From NCBI RefSeq assembly GCF_009914755.1, contig NC_060931.1: a stretch of DNA of 64,000 bases. One strand, written 5' to 3'. Under the pieces are notes generated by a model, which saw only the letters and a list, made by a program, of their open reading frames with translations, was not told the DNA's origin and ran no database searches. Position numbers and translations under genes: made by a program. Of the stretch, positions 14,410-27,960 are shown piece after piece (the stretch's first letter is position 1; the number at the start of each line of letters is the position of its first letter). This stretch comes from the human T2T-CHM13v2.0 reference genome, Homo sapiens.

Positions 14410-14910
14410 AGTTCCTAGCAATTAAGATAAGGAAGACTGTATATGGGACACATTTAAAGGCAGATATTACCTTAGTTTGGGACAATTAGAGTTTGAGATG
14501 GCAATTAGATATCCAAGTGGAGATGTAATGTACGCTATTGGATTTATGAATACAGAGGTTTGCAAAAAATTTTCATCTAGCGATTTAAATGTGGGAGTTG
14601 GCATATGGTTGATATATAACCATATGAGACTAAGATTACCAGGGGATGAAATTTAAATATAAAAGAAAGATAAGGACTAAGCACTGGATTACTCCAACCT
14701 TATGAGGTTATATACAAGAAGAATTAGCAAGGGAAACTGAGAAAAACAACAAGAGAGTCACTTAAAATCTTAGAAGTGTGTGATATACTAGAAGTTGAAT
14801 ACAAAAAAAAAAGTATACCAAGGAGAAGGAAGTTCACAATTTTGTGAAATAATGCTGTCAGCTCAAGGAAAATAGTAAGAAAAATGACCATTGGAGTTAG
14901 CCAAATGAGG
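14410..14910 (-). mobile_element. L2a fragment
   Basis: gagtttgagatggcaattagatatccaagtggagatgt and downstream L2 motifs. Confidence 0.8.
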
Positions 14911-14914
14911 TTTA

Positions 14915-15300
14915 CATTTGCTCTATGGCCAACCACCCTAAAACTTCAGGGCTTAAAATATACATTTATTATTATTTGCCCTGGTTCTATATATTGGTTT
15001 GGCTCTGTGGGGTGATTAGCACTTGGGGAGAATCAGAAATTTGCAATTAGATATAAATTTGGTCTGTTGTCATCTGAAGCCCTGCTGGTCTAAACATCCA
15101 AGATAGATCATTCACATGGCTATCAGTTGATGTGACTGTCAGCTGGATGCTCAGCTCGGGCTCTGTGGTAGGCAGAACAGTTGCCTCCCAAAGATTTTCA
15201 CTTCTTAATTCCCATAACTGTTATTTTTTTCCTGTTGCGTGGTCAAGAGAAACCAAGGTAGCAGATGGAGTTAAGGTTGTTTATCAGATAGCCCTAAGAA
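14915..15300. mobile_element. Two abutting MLT1-family LTR fragments (antisense piece to ~15163, then a sense MLT1D/E-like start)
   Basis: aaccaccctaaaacttcagggcttaaaa...gctgg; then tgtggtaggcagaac...ggagttaaggttg. Confidence 0.6.
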
Positions 15301-15778
15301 CAAATGGCTTAACGCCTGTTGAGATTCTAGTGCATGCCCCTGATGGTTTATATTTGTTATGCATGTACTCATTACACAATGTATTGTAATATGAATTACA
15401 GCTATGTAATTGTTTCAAAAAATTTTATTTTCTACTTAAATATTTTAAAATTAAGCTGTTGATTCCACAAAACAAGTTGACCTCAAATTATAAAATTCAG
15501 TTATGAAGAATTATGCTAAAATTATAAAAAAAGAGACCAAATATTATACAGGAATTGTTTTCCTAATTTATAAGAAGAAATAACCTTAAAAATAACTTAT
15601 TAATAAATATCCAACATTAGGTGATTGGTTAAATTAATTTCTTGGTTTGTGCATGTGACTGGGTATTATTCAATTACTACAAACTAAGAAGAACATGCAA
15701 CAGCGCAGGTTTCTAATCGAAGTTTACTAAGCAAGAAAAGTAGACTTATTATGTAAAAAAAAAGAAAAATGTAAGACG

Positions 15779-15891
15779 TAGGATGATAATAATCCCGGTT
15801 TGCTTGAGACTGAGGAGTTTAACAGGGTAGGGAACTTACAGTGCTAAAACCAGGAAAGTATCAGGCAAACTAGAAAGAGTTGGTTGCATTA
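15779..15891. mobile_element. MER81-like hAT-Blackjack MITE
   Basis: tcccggtttgc...cagtgctaaaaccaggaaagt...ggcaaac with inverted ends. Confidence 0.75.
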
Positions 15892-15932
15892 GAATGAGTT
15901 GGTTGCATTAGAAGCAATCTATTTCAAATCTA

Positions 15933-15956
15933 TGTGTGTGTGTGTGTGTGAGTGTG
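15933..15956 (+). repeat. (TG)n microsatellite
   Basis: Direct reading. Confidence 0.9.
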
Positions 15957-16007
15957 ATCTACTGCATACCTTTGTACATGCACACACAATCTCCATTGAA
16001 ATTGGAT

Positions 16008-16400
16008 GTATATGTCAATTTTTGCTGTGTAATAGACAATCTCATAATCTTAGGGACTTATAATAAGAGACATTTATTTTAGGCTTAAAAGGAGACTGCT
16101 TAGAACTTCACTAGATCTGGTTGGACCCAGGTCTTGTGCACATCTACTTCTTACTGGGACCCAGGCTGAAGAAGCAGGACCTGTGAATGTCATGGTGGAC
16201 ACCAGGAGTGCAGAGGGCAAGCCTCTTAAAGCCTTTACTCTGAACTGGCACTTCTGCCCACATTCAACATGTCACTTTTTCCTACCTTCCCAGTGTCAGA
16301 GGAAAACTCATAGCCAAACACAAACTCAGTGGATCAAGGAGTATATGCTATGTTAAGGAGGAGCGGAGTGGATCTTTGCTGAGAAATTATCCAATATATC
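16008..16400 (-). mobile_element. Old MLT1 (J/K/L-like) LTR
   Basis: ttgctgtgtaatagacaatc...acatttattt...ctgggacccaggctgaagaagcag...cacttctgcccacattc. Confidence 0.6.
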
Positions 16401-16584
16401 AGTGTGGGATTTTGAGTGTTTTTTTTTCTTATTATATATTTTTAATGTTCTAAACTAAAGGTGTATTAGTTTAATAATCAGAGAAGCATATAATTTAAAA
16501 CCAAAAAAAACCGCTAAAGTCCCATTGACAATGTCCTACTTAACATAGTAAAGAAACAAAAGGTATCTATTTGGGGCCATATAG

Positions 16585-16879
16585 AAAGATGAATGGATCA
16601 TAGGGATTTAATGTACAGCATGGGGAGCATAATTAATAATATGTATTGTATAGTTGAAATTTGCTAAGAGAATCGATCTTAAATGGTCTTACCACACACA
16701 TACACACACACACAAACACGCTCACGCACATAAATGGTAACTATGTGTGATGGATGTGTGAACTAACTTGATTGTGGTAATCACCTCATAATGTATACAT
16801 ATAACAAATCATCACATTTCACACATTAAATTTATACAGTGTTATTGTCACTTAATACCTCAATAAGACTGGGAAAAAA
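16585..16879 (+). mobile_element. L1MA9/L1MB-type 3' end
   Basis: aatgtacagcatgg...gaaatttgctaagagaatcgatcttaa...atacctcaataagactgggaaaaaaa. Confidence 0.85.
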
Positions 16880-17431
16880 ATTTCTATTTTCTGATATACT
16901 TTTACTCAAATAAAAGATGATTTTTAAAATAAATTTAAGATGTGCAAACAATAAAAATTAAATGGTACTAAGAACAGTGTCTGAACTTAGAAGCTACAAT
17001 TCTTCGTATAGAAATGGGGGTTTTGTGTCTCAGAGACCTGGGTCTGTGTTAATACCAAGGTATCGTGTGTCCTTAGTTAAAGTAAGAGAAAGAGGACAGC
17101 ATCAGTGATTTTCATTCATAGTAGAGGAAAACAGCTCCCCAGAAGATGCTCTGCTCTCCAGGGACTTGACAGAGATTAGAAAGCCATCCATATTTCTTCA
17201 TCTGGTGATTCTCTGGAGAAAATACCCAGACTAGTTCTTATGATTTAAACCTCTTTAGTGGCAACAGGTATCATTGGTTTAAAGATTCATCCCTGTTTTT
17301 AAAAATGGATTATCCTAATATATTCCCCAGCAACTCAGCCACTTACAAAGCCGGTATTTGGGCGAAAACTCAGTCATAAAAGAAGTCTAATAGTGCCCAA
17401 AGTGCCACTTCTACTCACCCACGTATTTGAA

Positions 17432-17760
17432 ATTGTTAGGCAAACAACAATAAAGAATTTGGCTCCTGACAGAGCTTTTCAACAATTAAACTTCTGATGT
17501 ATCAGGCTGCCAGCTGCGGAAATGGGCTTCTTGGCAACAATTTTTTAGTCACTTATAACAATTTGTTTAATTACAGAACCATAAAGCAGACAAAACTCAT
17601 TAAGAAATGAGATGCTGGGCCAGTAGTGCAGATGCACATCAGTCCTGACCACCACCTGTGGCAAGTCTCTCCAGCTTGCTTTAACAGAGGCACTTTGAAT
17701 TTGTTTAGAGAAAAAGTGAGTCTAAACAGGCTGCCTGTGTGCACTAGGAACCCAGCTGCA
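17432..17760. promoter_or_regulatory. Candidate enhancer (SOX/MEIS/E-box motif cluster)
   Basis: Five AACAAT/ATTGTT sites in 17432-17562, TGACAG at 17467, E-boxes at 17511, 17630, 17653 and 17753, in apparently unique sequence; motif evidence only. Confidence 0.35.
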
Positions 17761-18309
17761 TCTTTCCCCAAAGACCCTGCCTGCAGTGTTTTATGAGGCA
17801 ATGCACGGAATACACAGTCACTCCATTCGTCATTTTATTATTCCAAAAGAAATTTCCACCATTTACCTTCCTGGAAATATGGAATGGCAAATTCAAAGGA
17901 AGGCTGTAATATACAGTGAGTCTACTTTGCTACATTTTACCTATACAAACAGACATTCAAGTTTGTTTCTAGTACATGGGTTAATTAATTCATCAGAGGC
18001 TGCAAAGCACCTGCTACAGGTCACATATTAATTTTTGTGCTAGAAATGCTATTGTAAAACATTTTTAAAAACAACAAAGCCAAGATTTGAATACATCTGT
18101 TTGCAAGTAATTTTTTTTTCATTTTGGCTCACCTGAGTCTAATCAAATCACTGTGTGTTAGGTCATAAGCAAGTATTAGGACTAATATAATTTCATCATT
18201 AAGAAAAAAGCAATTGTTTTTAAGTGAAAAATTACGTGATAGCAAAGAGGAAGTACACCTGGAACTTGATTATTCAGCTCTTCTAATAAGATAATTTAAC
18301 AAGAGGGGC

Positions 18310-18520
18310 TCAGTCTTGGAAGACGGACATACCTGAGTTTGAAGCTCAACTCCGTACTCACCAGGTATTGAGTGTTGAGCACATGGTGAAGTTAATTAAT
18401 CTTTATACCAGTAACATTTCTCCTATGCAAGTGTAGATAATAATATCTCCCTTAAGGGACTAAGACTAGTAAACCATAGGTCTAGCACACAACACAGAAT
18501 CTGGCACCTAACAAAATGAC
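18310..18520 (+). mobile_element. MIR
   Basis: acctgagtttgaagctcaactcc...tttctcctatgcaagtgtagataataat...ctggcaccta. Confidence 0.7.
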
Positions 18521-19299
18521 CAGAGTTGTTAATTTCCTTTCTTTTCAGACATTAGTAAGCTATTTATACATCCATTTATTTATTGATCGATGTTGTGATT
18601 TGTTCTTAGGCATACATGACTCAAATATTTATCAGGGCCGTGTCAGATATGAAAAGTAAAATTTCTCTTTTTTTAAAAATTTTTCTAATGCCAGAATCAG
18701 TTTTCACTTAATACACCCTGTATATCGTTTTTTCCTGTCCACAATCTGCAGTATGTCCTAAAAGACTCATGAATGGAATGTGTAATGCAAGGCTAGGAAT
18801 TCTGGAAAAGATTGGACACAGAAAACAGAAGCATACATTTCTAAGAGTTTGGTCTGGAAGCATAAATGCAATTTTAAAAGAAAGTTGTTTCCAGGAAGGC
18901 AGGCAACAGTATACAAAGATTCAACTATTACACAAAGCTTTTGGAAATGATCAAGGATTGAAAATATTTTTATTAAAGAGTTGGCAAACGTTTCTAATAT
19001 TCTGCTATATATTGTGAATTATGTTTGGGGCAAATATGCACATGTTTCTGGTGTTTTGATGACAGCTTTTTGCCAGAATCTTTCTTAGGTTGATATTCTA
19101 GAGGACAGATTTTAAGTAAAACAGGCACATTTACCCATCACCCCACCAGATAAATATTTAGTGCATCACCCCTCTTTATTTTAATTTAAAGAGGCTACCT
19201 GTATAACCGGACCAGAAAAAAATTGCTACTGACAGGATCAAAGGTATTGTGTGAAAAAAGATATTGGTATATGGATTTTATGCTATAAAGTATACTGTA

Positions 19300-20150
19300 C
19301 TAGATATATGTGTGTGTATATGTATACATGACTTTTATACATAAAAGAATATTAATAAATTATCTGTTTATTGCTTAGCTTCAAATAGAAGGTCCCTCAT
19401 ATTTTAAAGTCTTTATATACCATGAATGAATGTCTCCGTATCTCAGCTCTCCAGGCCCCCAGTTAACCATTATTCCAAATTTGTTATTAATAATTCTTTT
19501 GCTATTTTTTAATAACTTTACCATGTGTTTCTTTATCATTTAAGAATATATCATTTTATTTTACTTTTTTTAACAAGTTGTATTATAAAATAAGATTACA
19601 CAGACTCTTCTGTGACTTATCCTTGTTCTTTCAAATGTGTTTTTGAGATCTAGACATCGCAATGTGTATATCAATAATTAATTCATTACTTTCACTGCCA
19701 TGTTTTAAATTATGTGTCTACACCAAAATATATTTTGGAGTTATGTTAATAAGTACATAATGTTTTCAAACTTTTATGACCTTCATTAAGTGGTTTAATA
19801 TTACTTGAAGATAAATTGTAATAAGTTAAAAATGTGTGCCAGATACCCTAAAGCAACCACAACAACATGATCTATATCTTACTAATCCTTCTTTTTGATA
19901 TTTTATATTTAAAGTATATTTATATTTAAAGTATACCTCATGTAGGCAGCATACCAAAGAGTCTTTTTTAATCCAATCTGACAATCTCTGACTTTTAGTT
20001 AAATTCTTCAGACCATTTTATATTCAATGTGTTTATTAATATGGTTAAATTCAATCATGTTACTATTCTTTTTTTATTTAATAGCTATTTTTTACTATTG
20101 TTTAATGATTATATTTTTATTCATTATCTTATTAGCTTTTTTATCTATTT
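19300..20150 (-). mobile_element. Degraded old L1M antisense fragments
   Basis: ctcatgtaggcagcata...tttttaatccaatctgacaatctctg...agaccattttatattcaatgt. Confidence 0.6.
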
Positions 20151-20760
20151 GAGTGATTAATACATCAAATAAATGGAAAATTAATAATACAGAGGGTTTG
20201 AATAACATCATCAGCCAAACTGACCCACTCAGCTTGTATATAATACTCTACTCCACAATAGCGGATACACATTTTTTTCCAGTTAATATAGGCTATTTAC
20301 CAAGATAAACTATATTTTAGGTTAAATTAATAAATAAATACCAGTGAATTCAAAATGATTTGAATCATATAAAGTGTGATTTTGGAGTACAATGGAATTA
20401 AATTAGATAATCACAGAAAGATCTTTGGAAAATATCCAAAAATTTGAAAACAAACCACTTCTAAGTAACTCGCAGATCAAAGAAAAAATCAAATGGTAAT
20501 TAGAATATAACTTTTATAATAAAAATGAAAACACGACATGTAGAAATTTGTGCAATTTTGCTAATGTAGTAATTAGAGATGAAATAGTAACAAAATGATT
20601 TTATTAAAAATAAACTTTCAAACAGATAACTTTATTTTCATCTTTAAAAACTATAAGACAAGAAAATTTAAACCTAAAGAATAAAGAAATAGTAAATATC
20701 AATGTGGAAATCAACAAAATAAAAAAGCATAGTAAAAAAGGAATAAAATCAAGAGGTGAG

Positions 20761-21040
20761 TTTTAAATTTGTTTATTTAATTTAATTATTTTACCGTCCT
20801 CCACTCTGTCAGCCATGCAGCCTTGACCTTCTGGGCTCAAGGGATCCTCCCACCTCAGCCTTCCAAGTAGCTAGGACAACAAACGTGTAACACAATGCCG
20901 GTTAATTTTTACAATTTTTTCATATATATGGGGTCTCTCTGTATTGCCCGGGCTGGTTGCAAACTCCTAGACTCAAGTAATCCTCCTGCCTTGGCCTCCC
21001 AAAGTCCTAGGATTACAGGCAATGACCACCATGCCTGACC
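20761..21040 (-). mobile_element. AluJo-like element with internal deletion, inside L1M
   Basis: gcagccttgaccttctgggctcaagggatcctcccacctcagcc ... cctcccaaagtcctaggattacaggc. Confidence 0.88.
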
Positions 21041-22292
21041 AAGAGCTATTTTTTTGAGATCAATGACACTGTCAAGTTTTTAGCTAGATTAATAAAGGGA
21101 AACAATAGAGAAGACCCAAAATATCCATATTAATTATGAGAAAAGTCATGGATTTACAAATTCTATAGATGTTAAAAGTACAATATTATAATCAAATCTG
21201 TACAACAACATTTGCAATTTTAATGAAGTGAGCTAATTCCTTGGAAGACTCAAGCTGGCAAATTCTGCTCAAGAACAATTAGCATACTAATATAGTATTT
21301 ATTACAGTTGAATTTATAGTTAAAAACTTCCCCCACAAAACAAAACAAGAACAAAACAACCTTCAAGCTTAGATAGCCTAATAGATAATTTCCCCAGACA
21401 TTTAAAGAAGAAATAATATCAACCGTTCAAAAATTCTTCTAAAACATAGAAGAGAGAAAAAAAGAACTTTCCAACTCGTTCTATGAGGACAATAAAAACC
21501 TGATATCAAAGCTATTGCAAGAAAACCAATGACCAATGCCCATTGTGATTTCTGAAAGCATAAAAAATTTAATTTCACAGAATATAAATATAATATTTTA
21601 TTATCAAGTAGAGTTTATATTAAGAATGTAACATTCTCTTAATGTTTAAAATGTATCAATGAAAGTCATTGTATTACAAACTTAATACCAAAGCCTTATG
21701 ATCATCTCAGCAGACACACCAAAATTACTTCAACAAAATCAAAAATTTGTTTTACGTTAAAAAAATAATAAAAATGAAAAAACTCAGCAGTATAAAAATG
21801 CATGTCAGTTTTCAGAACCTGATGAACGGAATCAATAAGCACTTAAAGCAAACATCATACATATTGGTAGAAAATTGGGTCTTTTTCTAAATGATTAAAA
21901 AACTGCTCTGACCAGTTGTAAGTAACATTGTACTAGAGGTTTAGCTACTGCAGTAAGATGAAAAAAATAAATAAATAAATAAATAACATGAATATTGGGT
22001 AGGGAAATGTAAAACTATCTTTATAAAAGGCATAGTTGGTCTTTGTAAAAAAGATTAGTAAGGTATTTTTTAAAAATCCACTTGAAATAGTGGGTTTTTA
22101 AAGTTTGTAAGATAATAGGTTAATAACAAAAATAAATCATAGATGTAAATACTAGCAGTGAGTAACCAGAAATTAAAATATATTTAAAAATTATCCATAA
22201 TAAATGTGCAAGAGCAATTCTCTAAAAGTACAAAATAGTGCTAGAAAAATGTAAGCAGATTTAATAAGTGAAACTATAATCATACTATTGGA

Positions 22293-22343
22293 GTAGAATA
22301 TTCTGTATCAAGATGTTTGACATCTTGATACAGAATATTCTAC
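22293..22343. repeat. Perfect inverted repeat, 24-bp arms with 3-nt loop
   Basis: gtagaatattctgtatcaagatgt-ttg-acatcttgatacagaatattctac. Confidence 0.97.
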
Positions 22344-25300
22344 ACTGCTGAGTTTTTTATTAAAGATTTAATGCTTTCCCAATCAAAATAGCATCAGACT
22401 TATTTTCCTAGACATTAAGAAGAAGCTGATTTTTTATGTAGAAAAAACTCAAAGGACCTAGAATAGCCAAAACAATAAAAAGAACAATAAGATTGGAAGA
22501 CTAGTGCTACCTGATTTTAAGAATTATTGGAAAGCTATAATAATAAAATATTTAGGTTTTTTTTTCAGATAATTTTTATTCATGATAGTTTTGTTTCTTT
22601 AGAATTGTCTTTTTTTTTAATTGTAACTTTATGTTGTTTGAACTTATTCTATGGAAATATTTAAATGTTTATCTTCTTGTGTTTCAGCTGCATTCCTTGT
22701 TAGACAACTCACATCGCTTCTAACAGGTACCTGGGTGTTTTTAAAAATAAATGATTTTAAAGGAAATATTGATTAACTGTTTTTATTATTAAGAAATCAT
22801 AACCTAAAAATGATCTATAAATAATATCCGAACTGTAACTTGAATTTTTGTTAATATGATTACAAAAACTATCTAAATCTAAAGCAAATATTAATCTTGC
22901 ATTTTAAAGTTTGAATTTTCAAGTATCAAGCCTGAAGACATGAAAAAAAATCACTCAAGTGCTGTATTTACTGAGTGAGTTTCCTTAAGCAAGGCACAAA
23001 AATATGATATAAACAAGTTGTTCAAAAACAAAAATGATTGACAATTTACCTCATTACCCAGATTGTAAAACAAGGTGGCATTTAAGAAACTCTGATGAAA
23101 TTAGTGAATATAGTCAAGAGGAAAACCAATAAATGAAAGAATGTTACCTTTGAATAGCCCATTTGTTAGTATGATTATAGATAACTGTAGAGTAAGCGTT
23201 TTCATTATCTTCTGAAGCTTTTTCTTTTCTTTTCCCAAATTCTCACTTTGTAACCAATGAAAATACCTTATACCCCTTAGTCGTGCATTCCTTGGCTGAG
23301 ATTAGGTTTGTCTGCTTTGTAATGCATAGATATATAGAGACGCATTTTGGTTCTCAGTATCTTTGATTTTTGCCATTTTATTATACAGATGGTAGACTCA
23401 CTCAGTAATTATTTTAAACTGGAAAAAAAAAACCTGCCCTTTTTTTGTAAATGATGTTCTGAGTAAACGGAAAAATGAACCAGTATTAGGAGTGTTTGTA
23501 TGGCTATTTCACACCTCTTTTACTGTAATGCTTGGTTTATTATGAGATGAAAACTATCATTTGGAGTCATTTCAAAACATAATTAAGAGTTGTGGTAAAG
23601 CTTAATCTAGTGTCCTAAACTATTACTGAATGTCTCCTTTTTGTGAGTTAGAATACGGTAATTCAGGAATAGAACATATGTATACCGTATAACAGCACTT
23701 GAAAATAAGCACAAATAAAAATAAGTCATTTCTACCCAGTTAAAATAGCATGAATTCAACTGCCAAATAATTGTGGACTAACAAGAACTAGAGATATGAC
23801 TACATAGACTGATCTGCGCCCTTAATGTTACAAAATCTGGGATGAGTAACATGGTGGACATATTCTGTATCTAGCAATATGGCAGAGGATTTAATGCCAA
23901 GATTAGGCAAACAAACAAAATGGTTAATAGAACATTTAATGGAGGAGGTTTTACCTAAAAATTACTCAGATTAAAAAGAGCTCAGAAAGGCAGGAGCAAA
24001 AAAAAAGCAAGCTAAGGTTTTGATTTTAATGGACAGTGTGGTGCCATCTGCTTAATGTAATTTACTCAACATAATTCAAATATGTTCACTGTACACATCA
24101 TATTTTTAATAGCCTCTTTGTCAGCATTTTAGACCAAAGGCATTAAACCAGAAATATTAAACCAGTAAGAATGTTTTGGCAATCTAGGTACTTTCTTGTA
24201 TCTGGAAACTATTTGTCTGATTACATTTCCAGACTTAGAGTTTGGGAAATATAATCAGCAAACCACATACATTATGTTTATTTTCTAACTTCAAATAATA
24301 CAAAAAGGCACTCACCGCTAGTATAATTGTGTATATAGTTTCATATCATTTTAATAGAACAAATAACATTTTTTGAGATCACAGTATTATTCTTAGAAAA
24401 TTAATTAATCTATTACTCATCTGTAACATGACTGGCCAAGTAATATAGAATTCCAGTTGATAGTGTGTCAAGTACATACGTTAAAACTTTTTTCTTCTAG
24501 TGTCTTCAGCCATTATCTGATGGAGTTAATGGTTAGAGAGCTAAACAGTGCACTTCAAACACTAATTTATGTTTATTCAGGAAATAAAAGCTGTTGTTTT
24601 TTCAGCACATATCAGTGAAAGAGGATTATCAGTTTTAGAAGAAAGAAGCAATTCATAGAAATTATAATGGACATAGTGTATGGTAGATCCAACGTACTTA
24701 CTGAATTTAGATAGGTGTGAAAAAAAGTCTTTTTTGTTGTTATTCTCACATATTCTTTTTGAACACATTCTGAAGTCTTGTTCTTTCCTACTCCTGAATA
24801 AAATCCTAAGCAAATCCCACGGCTTTCTTTCCCTGTAATTTCTGGGTATTAGCAAGTACTCTTACTTTTTCAGGTAATAAAAGGTCCAAGCTAATTTGAG
24901 GTATACCAGTTGATAGCATTCAAACATCTCCACTCTCTTCAACCCTCTTTATTCTCAACCTCACCTCATCTGCTGTCAAATTCTAACTTGTACCTTTCAG
25001 TGGGGAAGGGAAGGTGGGCATCAGTTTGCTACCTTTTCCTGACTACAGACATCTTTCTTGTAGTGATTGCAATTCTTTTTCTTAGAGCTGAGTCCCTGGA
25101 GGTGAGCAAGGGAGAGTTAGAGGTAAAGAATCAAACCTTACAGCTTATGTTACTATAAACCAGTGCTAGTATCCTCCTTGGCAGAATGTCCAAACACTGA
25201 CTCTCTCACTCAAAAGGTCTTTCTCTTTCTCTCTTTCATTTTCTCTTTCTTAGAGACCCCAATATAACCAGATATTCCATCTTCAAGCCCCTAGTTGAAG

Positions 25301-27513
25301 ATGAAGCCTCATAGACAAGTGATGATTGACTGCAACACTGAGCTCATTACCAATAAGCTTAAGTTTCCTCTATTTAGACACACTGCTATCCCTTGATACA
25401 CATTTTGCAAACTCCATGTTAGAATCCCTTTGCAAGGCACCAACTGTAACACCATAAAACATGGCCCTAATCTTGCCTAACAATGGGGGTGTTATGGATC
25501 TGTTTGTGAGTTCAAATCTGAATCACAATAAATTTATACCTTTGTCAAAATATCCTCCAAAACAGAACCATTCACATCATACTTTATCTTCATTGTTATC
25601 AAGCAAATCACTCAAGCCAGACCCTCCCAAGCCTTGAGGTTTTACAGCATCAGTTAACATGACCTTTATTCTCCCAGTTCCAGCAAATGTTTGCCTATCT
25701 CTTCAAGGGGATTCAAATTATCCTCATCCCTAGACCCTTATGACATGGTTTAAGGTGAGAAAGAAACTTATTACTGATCAAATCCTTAAGGATCAGGAAG
25801 AACAGTGACTACTCTCTTCAAAGAAATTCTCACTTCTAGCCATTTCAACCCCCTTTTATACTGTGACTAAAGAACTAGGGTTGATGCTGAGGCCATGAAA
25901 CTAGAAATTACCTGAACTCTATTCAAATCAAACTTCACCCATTCTTAAGGTGTTTTGGAAATACAGAGGTTTCTGCCTCACTCTTGAATTAGAAAATATG
26001 TTTTAAAAACAATCGATATATATTTGCTAAGATTCTCTGAGAGATGAAAGGAATGGGACAGGGTTGACCAGGACAAAGACAACCTAACAAAAGTTAGTCA
26101 ATAGGCCACATTACATACAGCTCAGCCAAGACAAGTAGAAACAAGTGAGAAAGATTATAGTCTAGAAGGTAGATGGAATTGCTTGCACCAATAAATAGTG
26201 TTAAGGTATCAGATTTACATCCACTGATTTTAGAATACAGAATACCAGCTCTACAGATTTATAATGCTCTGTTTGCTGCATTATACAAAGGGATGTTGGT
26301 CATAATGAAAAATGAAATCAGAGCCAAACCCTAGTGAGTGTGAGAAATTGGTGCTAGGATAATTGCACAGTAACCAATGTAAAACTAAATACATTATGGA
26401 GGCTAAATACCAAAACCACAATTGTTTTACTTTTCCTCGTATCTTGACATTTTAAAGGCACGATATATTATTTTTCAGCCAATCAAGGGCCATTTACTGA
26501 ACACCAACTCTAAGTATCTTCCAAAACTAGGCACTAGAGGAACATTATGTTAGTTGGTCAGTGTCACATAGCAGAAAGAGAAAGCATCAACATAATTTAC
26601 TGAAATATATACTGCCTGCTGAAATCACAAAAATATGAAATATTTGAAATCTTTAGTGGTTACACTGAATTTAATATGCCGGCATGTTGAAATTATCTCT
26701 TTAATTTAAATTAAGGTGAATTTTCCTGTTCTTCTAATAATTTTATATAGTTTTAATGCTCATGGTTTCAAATAAATGTGCATTAAGTAGCACACTTTAG
26801 TTAAGCATTTCAATATGCATTCATAAAAGCATGTGTTTGAAAATGCCGACACATATGAAAGCTCATTCAGTAGAAACTAATGCTGTCCAGCAGAGAATAA
26901 AGTAACTAATTGAATTGCATAATGTAGCCAGTAACATGATTTTCAGAGTGTGGGTATTTGCAAACAAAATACTTCATTATCTATAATGTCATGAGAGATC
27001 ACCGAAAAAAAAACTTAAATGTTTTTTCATCTAAGTGCTTCTTTGCAACAGTTAATGGAAAATAGATATACCCTAATGCTTTTTGATATAAAAATTGTGA
27101 GTGAAATTTTTTCTTCTAGCTTTCTTATTGTACTTAACATGCAAGTTATTGTTGAATTATAGTGATCATGTCAGTGAGACAGGAGAATATGCTGCACTTT
27201 GCTGCACTTTTTGTAGATATTTCATTTTATAGGAAGAATCTGGAGACTAAGACTCTTTCTAGATTCTTCAGTTTTCATGTAACATAGGGAAGTTTTCCTA
27301 TTTTATCCATGAGTTTTACTTTTTATTAAATGAAAATATTTGTATCTGTACTATATTATCCAAAAAGAAAAAATAAACAGAAACAAACTAAGCAAAACAA
27401 ATAAATATTTAAGTTAATATATATGGCCATAAACAATAGATCATTGTGCAAATAAAATAATTTCTGTAGCCATTTGACAAATATGTGTATGTCATCTGCT
27501 ATGTATTAATAAC

Positions 27514-27960
27514 TGTGAAAAACCTGAGATTTTACCCTACTTGCAAGCTAAGAAGTTAGGTCACCACAGTTCAATGAATGTTGACAGACAACATATGACT
27601 CCTGGATAAAAGACAAAGGGTAGTTTATTTATCACAGAAGTAACATGCCCAGAGCAGACACATTATTTTTGTACCAGTTTCCAAGATTCAATTCCCACTG
27701 GGTGACCTGAGAAGGACTAGCTGATACTTGAACATGCAACGGGTGGCATTATAGGAGAAAACCTTGAGTTTAAGGAAACTGAATCATATGAGCAATTGGC
27801 ACATCTGCCCTTTGCTCCAGAGGGAGATACTGTATCTTCTAAGGTTGTTTGGTATATAAACTTTCTTGAAAAGATAGTCCAGGAAAAGATAGCCCACATC
27901 TCTGCTTGCAAAATATGCAGAGGTGCAAGACACATCCATTTGACAAGTATGGCCTCTTCT
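27514..27960 (-). mobile_element. ERVL-class solo LTR (LTR53-like, assignment uncertain)
   Basis: ttttaccctacttgcaagctaagaagttag...gactcctggataaaagacaaagg...tttattt; ccctttgctccagagggagatac. Confidence 0.6.

Larger units (their letters stand above)
20155..22555 (+). mobile_element. Degraded old L1M ORF2 segment
   Basis: Collinear decayed ORF2 motifs (ggaattaaattaga; caaaggacctagaatagccaaaacaa; ctacctgattttaagaattatt...aaagctata). Confidence 0.8.

Noticed and set aside
15877-15913. 19-bp tandem duplication at the MER81 end (similar ones at 19902-19935 and ~35552-35580)
   Set aside because: Ordinary two-copy slippage duplications; no spacers, not CRISPR-like
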